Shown here one piece after another: positions 50,971-61,945 of a stretch of DNA of 63,837 nucleotides. Within the stretch, counting starts at the first letter, position 1, and each line of letters starts with the position of its first letter. The stretch is from assembly GCA_038087875.1 (NCBI GenBank), contig CM075989.1:5084001-5147837 (forward strand). The letters are read 5' to 3'. The position numbers were made by a program, and so were the translations under genes. The notes under the pieces were generated by a model that searched no databases, was not told the origin of the DNA, and saw nothing but the letters and a program-made list of their open reading frames with translations. This stretch comes from Malacoraja senta (Eukaryota).

Positions 50971-51064
50971 TTCTGAAGAAGGGTCTCGACCCGAAACGTC
51001 ACCTATTTCTTTCGCTCCATAGATGCTGCCTCACCCGCTGCGTTTCTCCAGCATTTTTGTCTAC
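50971..51064 (+). mobile_element. Solo pLTR/hammerhead unit with 10-bp TSD
   Basis: GCACAATTCA at 50961-50970 and 51065-51074. Confidence 0.9.
50973..51000 (+). ncRNA. Putative minimal type I hammerhead ribozyme core
   Basis: CUGAAGA-A-GGGU(CUCG)ACCC-GAAAC-GUC. Conserved core boxes, stem II and GUC cleavage triplet are present; helix I pairing is weak. Confidence 0.6.
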
Positions 51065-51409
51065 GCACAATTCAAATCAATCCACGGTTTTAGTTGACAC
51101 ATAATAGTTCCCTGGAAGTGATTTATGGGGCGGGAGGAGTGAAAAATGAATATTTAGGTCCTGGTAGAAAACGACTACAGAGGAAGCAGTTGGATTTAAT
51201 GCTCCCTCGCTCTATACACAATCGGAATTTTCCATGCACATATATACTGCAAGACGAGTCAATCTTCAAGAGAAAAGGGAAAGTTTAAATATATATTTGC
51301 AGGCTTGTATAGCTATAGTGATAACTATAGTAAACTCCAAGTGTTTGCAACTATAATATTTTGCACTCTAAATTGCTGAGCCACAGCAGTCCATCTCGAC
51401 TCACAAAAG

Positions 51410-51711
51410 AGCGGCAAAGTGGTGCAGTGGTAGAGTTGTTGCCTCACAGCTCCAGAGATGAAGTCAACCCTGGCTACAGGGTGCTGTCAGTAGGGAGTTT
51501 ATACTTTCTCCCTGTTACCGCATGGGTTTGCTCCATGTGCTCCCTCGCATTTCCTCCCACACTCCAAAGTCCTACCGACATTGGAGGTTAATTGGCTTCT
51601 GTAAATTGTCCCCAGTGTGTAGGATAATGCTAGTATACGGATGAATGCTGGTCAGCGCAAATTCGATGGGCCGAAGGGCCTGTTTCCTCGCTGTATCTCT
51701 AAAGTCTAAAG
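51410..51711 (+). mobile_element. HE1-like SINE
   Basis: Colinear with the other copies. Confidence 0.82.
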
Positions 51712-52524
51712 TAATAAAATGCACTTCGTTTTTAGTGCCTGCTTCCGACTAATCTTTAGAGTTTCAAGAAACTAAAGATTGTCTTTCTTATGTTCTGCCG
51801 CATTAGAGATTCTTAAGTTTTTTATTAAAAAACAAGAACAAACATATTTTTAGGAAAACCACATCCCGGGTTAGTTCAAGCATGGGAAGGGATTGGAACA
51901 GCAGAGGGGTCATCTAAAACCCACTTTTCCAAGTTTCACTATAATTCACTTTTACACCATAGCGAAATGAAATGAAGGAAATTAAAAATGAATATAAACT
52001 TCCCAATTAAGTTATTCACTCTGATCAAAAGCAAATTCAGTCAGAGTAGCGGTGGGAAATGGTTCTATTTACGTAACAAGATTTGGTTTTCTGATTGCCA
52101 ACCTATTAAAACAAACACTACTTTAATAAATGTATCGGCATCAAATGGCATGGGGTTAAAAAGATGCTGTAAATTAATTAAATTTCACCCCAATTACATC
52201 GTAACAAGCCACCACTAAGACCAATACATACCAGCTGCACCTCTTGAAAAATAATCATGATTCATCCAAAGCTGAACAACGATAATCCATCATTCACTTA
52301 TTCACTGAATTGATTGACATTGCTATTTTTAACTCAATTATCCGATCAGCTTCCAAATGTAGCCATTATATAGCAAGCTATATTTATGGCTATCTAACAA
52401 TAGCAATGCATTCACATGGTGGCTTTACAAAAGGTCAGTGCTTTACGTTGAAGTCACATTTAAATAGAAGCATCGGGGGAGTTACCAGAACTAGTGAAAA
52501 GCAGCTAATAAAGCAGGATTCTAA

Positions 52525-52921
52525 AAAGCCCCGTCCCACGGTACGAGTTCATTCCAAGAGCTCTCCCGAGTTTAAAAAAAATCAAACTCATGGTAAGCAC
52601 GGAGAATGAACGTAGCGGGTACATCGGAGCTCGGGGACGTCTCTGACCGGCTCGTAAAGCTAACGGCAGGTACTCGGGAAGACCCGCTAATGGCAGGTAA
52701 GCACGAGAAGACTCGTGAAGATTTTTCAACATGGTGAAAAATCAACATTTTCAAAATCAAAATCATATTTCAAAATCAAAATCAACAAAAATCGCCATTT
52801 TTCAACATGTTGAAAAATGTCCACGAGAGCCCCGAGTGGCCATTACCGTAAATCTCCAAGTTCGAATCAGGGCAAACTCGGGAGAGCTCTTGGAATGACC
52901 TTGTATCGTGGGACAGGGCTT
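52525..52921. mobile_element. PIF/Harbinger-like MITE with ~48-bp TIRs
   Basis: AAGCCCCGTCCCACGGTACGAGTTCATTCCAAGAGCTCTCCCGAGTTT and its near-perfect inverse; TAA on both flanks. Confidence 0.82.
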
Positions 52922-55900
52922 TAAGAGTGTAAATAAATGTAACAAGAGGGGAGAGGGGGGAAGGGCAATGGTGTGGAGTTAAGATACCTAACACTGCAGA
53001 GATGAGAGGCATGTCTTGCAAGGTGTGCTGGCAGGAGATATTGCAAGAGGCTGCAGTACAGGGGAACAAGGAAGTTGAACAGATTTAAAGGCCATTAACG
53101 TGAAATTGTCATTAATCAATACAAAAAGAAATCAGTAAATGGTTACGATATTGAACTTGCTATTTAGGGCAATTCAAGCGTATAGCAGACGCATGAGCAG
53201 CTTAAGACAGAACAAAGGTGATGTTCATAAAGGTAGATGAAGTGAGGAAGGTAGAGCTCCAGAGGGTAAAGACTTCGACATATATAGCAAGGCTGGTGGG
53301 TTGCACAGCATGGTTGAGCCAAGTGGCTAGCTCCCATGCAACATAAATTGTAATCAAAGAAACTGGGGAAAAAAGAACCATTAACGGAACACAGGACATA
53401 CAAGAACAACGTCGGTGAGAATGTGGGGAGAATAAAATGGTATTTGCGCTAACAGTGAAGATCGGCATGGACTTGGTGAGTCCAAGGCCCGATTTCTGTG
53501 CTGTACAACTTTAGGAATGGGCAAGTTTCCTCTGACAGCAGCCCATGCATTTCTCCTGGCTAGTTCTCAGACTATTTCTCCATTAGCTCACAGAAGTGTC
53601 CCTCTTTCTTATTTTCTTCCCCCTGTATAATAATTAAACATCACTCGCTATCCACCTTCATTTATTTTGGTGGTAATTCATCTCAATATCAAATAATTTC
53701 CTTTATAAACAAGAAACTCGTTCAAGAGCAGCATTCATTGGAATACACACACTACACTGTAAGTGAGTAAAGATAGACCTGCAAATATGCAGAGGTGTTT
53801 CAGATTCCTCCACATCCAATAAATACAACTGCTGCACAGGGCTGCTACAAATGAATGTGATATGCATTTTAACATAGCAAGATCCTGCAGCTAACTACGA
53901 GATCAACTTTTGGACAACCTTTTAGGAATATTGCAGAAGACATCATATGTACTATTAGATCTTCTTTCAATCTGCCTTATGCTTTTCTAATTATAATAGC
54001 ACACATACTACAAGATAAATTTTAAATGCCATGGGTTTCTGAGATATTAGGAAAGAAAGGCAGGAGTTGATCCTTGAAGCCAAGTAGTTTATGGTGCTCA
54101 CTCGGAGCACATGAAAGAAGAGCAGAGAGGAAATAGGGAACTTCCAGACAAGTACTTCTCACTGACAACCCAATTTCAATTCCAATTTTAAAAAGTTTTA
54201 AACCACTTGATTAGTTTGTAAATAATAACATCTTTCTTGCATTCCATTTCCATGGCTTACAGCATCGGGTCACAACCATTTTTCTCTGCAGATGCTGCCT
54301 GACCTTGGGAGTTTTTCCAGCATTTGTCTTTTTAATTTTAGGTTTCCAGCATCTACAGTATTATTTTAATTTCCATCAACAATGACAGTCTGTTAACAAC
54401 CAAATAGCTGGCTGACATGGTGATACGAGATACTGAAACACTTACTTGATTGGGGTTGCAATTGAGCAATTACAACCATTTGCGGATGTCAGATTAATCA
54501 TAATCTTAAAAAGGAATCTATATCAGCTTATTGAACCTCATGTGTGGTTATAAAATATGTGATGAAAACTAAATGTAAGCAATGCAAACTTTATAACAAG
54601 CATCAGTTTCCCCTGAAAATTGTCCACTTATCTAATTAAATGTGTATATCGAAAGAGGAAGCATAAAGTGAAAAATTATTGGAAATAGGATTAAATACAT
54701 TTTTAAAAATCAAACATTTTGAACACCAGGATGAATTTGCATCACCTATCATCAAATTAAGTGAAATATTAATTAAGTCGGAAGAAGAGTCCCAACCCGA
54801 AACGTTACCTATCCATTTTCTTCAGAGATGCTGCCTGGCCCACTGAGTTACTCCAGCATTTGGAGTGTCTATTAAATCGTGACTTTGTTTCTCCTAACAA
54901 CTGTGACTGTTTAGGTTTCATCAGCTCCTGATAGATACACTAAAACTCTCAAATGAATATTCCATAGACTCTATTACCTCATCTTTAGGACAGCATGTTT
55001 GTCAAGTTACAACCCCAAATACAGGATCTGCATGTTATGCTTTGGAATGGTGTATTGATCAAACATCATTGTTAATGCTGTGCTTGCTACATTAGGATAT
55101 TCTATTTACACTCAAAGCTGTTTTAAGAACCAGAGTAATTTCTATTCAAACAACAGTGTGATTTTATTTCCATCACGTATCCCAATTTGTCGCTTACTCA
55201 TACGTTCTTTCGAAATTCATGGGTGTGTAGACACAACTTCCAGAACATGTGACTCACAGACGGAACAACAATTTAAAATGCAGAAGTAAAATGCAGAAGT
55301 AAAAGTTGTGCATAAAAACAAAAATACCAATGCCAAAAACATTAGTGTCACCTTCTGTGATGGTGTTTCTACTGGAGTAGCTATTCTAATCCCACTTTCC
55401 ATCCAGTTCCACACATCCTACAAAATGTCCCCACTTTTCTTTTAAATGTTGATAAAGATTCTACTCAATTGCCCTGGAGTTAAACATTCCATGCCCATGA
55501 GTTTTCACTGTACAGACAATATCGCAACTCTTTTGCTTTCTGTATATGGATACCTTGATCAATCAATACACTTATTGAACTCCTAATGCCCCTTGTAAAT
55601 TCTAATGATCTCCCTAGCAACAAAATAATTACATTTTAGCGAATGTAAATTCATTGTGTTATTTTATTATTGGCTTCTACTCATGCCTGTCATTTTCTGT
55701 AGGCAGGTTATTTATATCCATATAACTGGTAATATTGATCCCAGAATCTGTATAAATGCCTTTTACTCAATCTTTCAAACTAACTCTGCATAGCAGCCAT
55801 ACGTTCCCTCATCGTAGCAGCATCTTGTTACATTCTTGTTTATCCACATGTTAACCCATTTATCAGTGCTGCTAACGGCCATCCTACTCAATTTACAAAT

Positions 55901-56069
55901 TTGTGGACGACACCACCGTAGTGGGCCAAATATCAAATAATTACGAGACGGAGTACCGGAAGGAGACTGAGAACCTTGCACCCTGGTGTCAAGTAAACAA
56001 TCTTCTCAATGTCAGCAAGAGAAAGAAGATTGTGTTCGACTTCAGGATGTGAAGCAGTATATATATCCT

Positions 56070-56854
56070 TACATACAACAAGTGATCCTCCGTCAGTTTC
56101 GCCACCTCCAACGTGACCCCACCACTCGCCACATCTTCCCATCTCCCCCCATGTCTGCCTTCCGCAAAGACCGCTCCCTCCGTAACTCCCTTGTCAATTC
56201 TTCCCTTCCTTCCCATACCACCCCCTCCCCTGGTACTTTCCCTTGCAACCGCAAGAGATGCAACACTTGTCCCTTCACCTCCCCCCTCTACTCCATTCAA
56301 GGACCCAAGCAGTCGTTCCAGGTGCGACAGAGGTTCACCTGCATCTACTACAACCTCATCTATTGCATCCGCTGCTCTAGATGCCAGCTGATCTACATCG
56401 GTGAGACCAAGCGGAGGCTTGGCGATCATTTCGCCGAACACCTCCGGTCGGTCCGCAATAACCAACCTGACCTCCCGGTGGCTCAGCACTTCAACTACCC
56501 CTCCCATTCCGTATCTGACCTCTCTGTCCTGGGTCTCCTCCATGGCCACAGCGAGCAACACCGTAAATTGGAGGAAATGCACCTCATATTCCGCTTGGGC
56601 AGTCTACATCCTGGGGGCTTGAACATTGAATTCTCCCAATTCTGCTAGCCCTTGCTGTCCCCTCCCCTTCATCAGCCATCCGGTTGTCTCCTCCCCTCCC
56701 CCAGCCCTCGGGCTCCTCCTCCGCCTTTTTCCTTTTTTCCTTTCTTCTCCCCACCCCCTATCAGTCTGAAGAAGGTTTTCGGCCCTATTTCCTATTTCCT
56801 TCGCTCCATAGATGCTGCTGCACCCGCTGAGTTTCTCCAGCATTTTTGTGTACC
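56070..56854 (+). mobile_element. Young 5'-truncated Penelope-like element (Neptune-type Cys linker + GIY-YIG endonuclease), 10-bp TSD
   Basis: Uninterrupted ORF to 56648: CNRKRCNTC, NLIYCIRCSRCQLIYIGETKRRLGDHFAEH, HFN, KLEE, GLN; TATATATCCT at 56060-56069/56855-56864. Confidence 0.93.
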
Positions 56855-57233
56855 TATATATCCTGGTATATATTGACAGCGCCGAAGTAGAGAAGTTTGA
56901 AAGTTCCAAGTTCCAAGGAGTAAATAACACCAGCAACTTGTCCTGGACAAGCCATATTGAAACAGCCAAGAAAGCACATCAACGCCTCTATTTCCTCAGA
57001 AGGCTTAGGAAATTTGGCAGGTCCCAGACAATTCTCACCAACAGATGCGCCATAGAAAGCATTCTATCGGGATGCATTACTGCATGGTTTTGGAACAGCT
57101 CCCCATCCAAGACAGCAAGAAATTGCAAAGAATTGTGGACGCAGCACAGACCCACGCAAACTAAGCTCCCTTCCATTGACTACATCTACACTTAATGTTG
57201 CCTCGGCAAGGCTCCCAGCATAATCAAGGACAA

Positions 57234-57754
57234 AGGTACACAAAAATGCTGGAGAAACTCAGCGGGTGCAGCAGCATCTATGGAGCGAAGGAAATAGGTA
57301 ACGTTTCGGGCCGAAACCCTTCTTCAGACTGATAGGGGGTGGGGAGAAGAAAGGAAAAAAGGAAAAGGAGGAGGAGGAGCCCGAGGGTTGGGGGAGGGGA
57401 GGAGACAACCAGATGGCTGATGAAGGGGAGGGGACAGCCAGGGCTAGCAGAATTGGGAGAATTCAACGTTCAGGCCACCAGGGTGTAGACTGCCCAAGCG
57501 GAATATGAGGTGCATTTCCTCCAATTTACGGTGTTGCTCGCTGTGGCCATGGAGGAGACCCAGGACAGAGAGGTCAGATACGGAATGGGAGGGGGAGTTG
57601 AAGTGCTGAGCCACCGGGAGTTCAGGTTGGTTATTGCGGACCGACCGGAGGTGTTCGGCGAAACGATCGCCAAGCCTCCGCTTGGTCTCACCGATGTAGA
57701 TCAGCTGGCATCTAGAGCAGCGAATGCAATAGATGAGGTTGGAGGAGATGCAGG
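57234..57754 (-). mobile_element. Young 5'-truncated Penelope-like element (GIY-YIG + pLTR)
   Basis: ORF 57444-57761 nearly identical to the plus copy; TAATCAAGGAC on both flanks. Confidence 0.93.
57300..57327 (-). ncRNA. Putative minimal hammerhead core (UUCG-loop, GUU variant)
   Basis: Reverse complement reads CTGAAGAAGGGTTTCGGCCCGAAACGTT, ~120 nt downstream of the GIY-YIG ORF stop; identical motif at 16622-16649. Confidence 0.55.
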
Positions 57755-58099
57755 TAATCAAGGACCCATACCCATAATCAAGGACAATACCTCTTCGCCT
57801 CTCTCCTATCAGGCAAGAGGAACAGAACCCTAAAAACGGATACTTCCAGATTCAGTTTCTCCCAGTATTATCAGGCAACTGAACCATCTTATCACCAACT
57901 GGAGAGCAGTCCCGAGCTACCATCTATCCCATTGGAAGCAGTCAGACTATCTATAATCAGATTGTCCTGGACTTATCTTGCACTAAACGTTATTTTGTTT
58001 TTCCTGTACCTGTACACTGGACAGCATGATTGTAATCATGTATAGTCTTTCTGCTGACTGGATAGCATGCAATAAAATGTGTTTGGATAAGGATAATAT

Positions 58100-58220
58100 A
58101 GATAGGTGACTTTTCGGGTTGAGACCCTTCTTCAGACGCAAGGAGGGCCCTGACCCGAAACGTCACCTGTGTTCTCCAAAGATGCTGCCTGACTCGCCGA
58201 GTTACTCCATCACTTTGTCT
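58100..58220. mobile_element. Back-to-back pLTR half-units
   Basis: GGTGACTTTTCGGGTTGAGACCCTTCTTCAGAC followed by GAGGGCCCTGACCCGAAACGTCACC. Confidence 0.7.
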
Positions 58221-59249
58221 TATTTTATCTGAAGGATGAAGTTGTGAAAGTTGCACAGCAGAATTAAACAATAACTATTGATACATATAAATTAAGATAC
58301 TTATCAACTTGACTGCAGCAGCATTCTCAGAACAAGTCATAGTCAGATTATTTTTGTAGCTACCACTGAGCAACGATGCAAACTGCCAAGAGATCATCAT
58401 AGAATAGTTCCAAAACCACCACATGCAAGCTTCAGCAATTTAACAATGACAATTTGAGGAGCTTCTCAGAAAAAATTACTTTAATAAGAAAACTGCCACC
58501 AACATTGGCATTGCAACACTTGCCATTCATGCCAAGGGTTCTCATTGTTTTTTACACTCAGTAAAATACTTGAATAAAAAGACTTCACAGATATACAAAT
58601 GGGACATTTCTGAAATTTCAAAACTGTTATTGCAACTTAATTCATCAGTCTTTCCCACATTAGCTAAAGCATAAACTCCAAATTTGCCAAACAATCTTGT
58701 AACTACACCCCTTCATCCCTGGTAACATTCCATTAAGTCTTTACTACCACTTTTCCACTGATTACACTCTCTCCTTGGAACCAAAAGCTACAATATTTGT
58801 GTGACACCAACATGTAATTTTACAAATAAGCATGCCGTTTTTCTTAATTCTACTTTCCCATGAGAACATTTTTTTTCTCAATAACAGCATTACCGATATC
58901 ATCCATTATGCACTCACCATGTAAAGAGTATTTCACTTTTCCCATTCTTAAATGTAAAATGTATTTCACATTTTTAACAGCAAACAACTGCCCAGCCACG
59001 CTGCAAGCTTATGGATATCTTCTTGTTTTCTTTCACAATTGTTGGGCAGTTTTTCCTTTTCCTCTCCAAACTCCACCTCCCCACTCATGCTCCCATTTCT
59101 AAATTTTGGTGATATCAAATCACACGCTTGAATTTACCTTGTACATTAACCCCAATTCTTTTTACATCCAGGTCGTTCGTCTACTCAGTAACCAGCCATC
59201 TCTTTAGGAACACCTTTAGAGGTTGATGAACTTTCCTTCACTCTTAACA

Positions 59250-59541
59250 GTGACGCAGCTGACCTGGGTTCAGCGCCTGAGACCTGGGTTCAACCTTGAC
59301 CTCAGATGCTGTGTGGAGTTTGCATGTTCTCTGTGACTGTGTGTGTTTCCTCCGGGTCTCTGATTTCTTCCCACATCCCAATGACGTGCCTGTTTGTAGG
59401 TTGATTGGCTTCTGTCAATTGCCCCTAGTGGGTCAGGAGTGGATGACAAAAAGTGATAACACAGAACTAGTGTGAATGGACAAATGATGGTCGGCATGGA
59501 CTCGGTGTGCCGAAGGGCCTGTTTCCATGTGGAATCTCTAA
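59250..59541 (+). mobile_element. HE1-like SINE
   Basis: GGGTTCAACC B-box, core and GCCGAAGGGCCTGTTTCC end. Confidence 0.8.
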
Positions 59542-61917
59542 GGTAATCTATTACTCCAACAATATGTCTATCCACAGAACAGGTCCTCCATTATTGTTGC
59601 TTGTCAAATCTCAAGTACCTCTCCTTTCGGTCTTCCAACTAAATCAGAATTTAGCTTGTATCCAATATCTGAGAGCCTGAACATCAGCCACTGAACCCCT
59701 TTGCCACAGTAAATAATGGTAGAACTGACCTCAATATTGCATTCTCATCTACCTGCCATAACCTTTAAAAAATATTCATGCATCTGTTTCCACCCGCCTT
59801 TGAAAAGGAGAGCTCCAATGACTCGTGGCCGTTGGAAATAAATGGTGCCATGACTTCAATTCTAGATTCTTTCACACGAGGAAACCGCCTTTCTCCATCC
59901 ACCCTGTCAGAATCATATACATTTCATTCAAATTACCTCATACTCTTTCAAACACATAGCCTAGATTTACTCATCTTTATTCATTAAAACAAACCTGTCA
60001 TTCCAAGTAATAGTCCGATAAATCTTTACCAAAAGACTTCCAAGACATTTACAATCATTTTATAAATTGAGATTATGGATGTTAATATCTGCACTAAGTT
60101 TACCAGAGTCCGAATGATTTGTAGGTAACAATGCCATTGAGACTGGAGATGAATGCGCTGGGGAGGTTTACTCCAATGTTGATTATTGTTTGCAATATTC
60201 TTGTGGGGATGTCAAGCCGAGATGCTTCTGGTGAGGCAGAACCCAAAGGCAATTATGCCATAGATTTCCAAATTACACACATGGTGCAAGAGAATTGAAA
60301 CTACCCAAGAGACAGCCCAGTTCCAACAGCTGCCCCCTTAGCATAAAAAAAGTAAACAAGCCTCTCATCATGTCAATAAATCCCCTCACCAGACAATCAC
60401 AGTAGATTCATAAAACACTCCCCTTCTTAAGTTACCTTGGTTACATCACAGAACAGTACAAGTGGTGATCATTAAGCCGATTGCACATCTTCCTTTTTGA
60501 ATGAGCTTTCCACAGCCCTGTTTGTTCCTTCCATAGCTCTCATTTCTACACCCCCCCCCCACCCACACTTCTACTCAGTTCTATCCTGTAATGCACCACC
60601 AAATATGCTTGAGGTATCCTTTCAGGCAGGGAACTCAAGATCCTAACTTTTGTTTAAAAAAAAAATCAGCAGCTCCAATCTAGTTTCTTTGAAAAAGACC
60701 TCAAATCTTTGATGCAAAACTGAATCCTCTTGATATATTTGGAAGGTCAGGTGGCATCTGTCAAGAGAAAAACAGAATTAAGGTTTCAGGTCAATGACCA
60801 TGTATTAGAATTTAAATCTTTGTCTTGCTTGTATTGATTGCCCCTCCTGCCAAAGGAACCAGATTGTGCTCATTCACTGAAATCAAAACCTTCCATGATC
60901 TGACCAACTTTTGAAAATCTCATTACCATTCTGAGCATGGAGAACATTTATAGTTTAACCTCTCACCAAATATGGTACCATTTTAATAAAACCTCAAACA
61001 CTTCTTACTACTCCTAAAGTTTGTTAAAATATGCCAGGTGCCAAACTAGTGACTTAAAGGTTTAAAATCCCAAGAAAGTGATCTTGCTTTTGGAAACAAG
61101 TTTCAAGAAACCACAAGCAGAATATTAATACAAGTTGCATGTGCTCTTCTACAGATTGTAACAAGCATTCGTTTATCAGTAACAGCCAAGTTGTCTGATC
61201 ATTCTCTTACGTTCCACTATTAGTTGTACACAAAAGATATTCACCCAAAAACCTTTCAAGAAGAAACAAAACTACAACTGAGGAGTTTCTTTCTCTCCAC
61301 TAATTCTGGTCTCAGAGGAATTTCTAATCTAAACTTCACAAATCAAAGATATTTCTTAAAGAACACAGCACAAAAACCAAAAGTAAAATCTAAAATGTCT
61401 GAAAGATGAAGCTGCTCCATATGCCGCAGGCCAATTTGACAAGCAAACCCAAGTTAGCGACTGTAAAACTCCATGTGTTTAGATTTCTTTTTTACCACTG
61501 TTATATTTGAAGCTTCAGATCAGAAAGTCTACAAGGAACAATCCAAAGCCATTTGATAGATAAATAAATGGTAAATCGGGTCACAGAGATTTGATGTTTT
61601 TAGCAATATGGTTGTCAATGGACATCCATTTTGGAATTCCAAAACTGATATGAAATCACCAAAAACATGTGATAACATGCAAGTTTCTTAAAATTCTATT
61701 TAAATTTGGGTGTGATTAACCCAAAATCAAAACTTCAACAGACTTGTTTTTCTATGATTATAAAATTAATATACTTCAGGAGCTACACTTCTAACCCCAC
61801 AAATCTGGATTCTATGTGTAGGAAAGAACTGCAGATGCTGGTTTAAATCGAAGGTAGACACAAAATGCTGGAGTAACTCAGCGGGTCAGGCAGCATCTCT
61901 GGAGAGAAGGAATGGGT

Positions 61918-61945
61918 GACGTTTCGGGTCGAGACCCTTCTTCAG
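61918..61945 (-). ncRNA. Putative minimal hammerhead core within a pLTR unit (~61815-61949)
   Basis: Reverse complement reads CTGAAGAAGGGTCTCGACCCGAAACGTC. Confidence 0.6.

Larger units (their letters stand above)
55800..58078 (+). mobile_element. Rex1/Babar-like LINE fragment split by two Penelope insertions
   Basis: AAATTTGTGGACGACACCACCGTAGTGGGC encodes KFVDDTTVVG; resumes at 56865 (AKKAHQRLYFLRRLRKFG) and after 57755. Confidence 0.85.

Noticed and set aside
54438..54550. Candidate ABHD2 5' UTR exon (minus-strand CAA|GTAAGT donor near 54445)
   Set aside because: A donor-like hexamer alone is insufficient and no convincing acceptor was found; needs transcript data.
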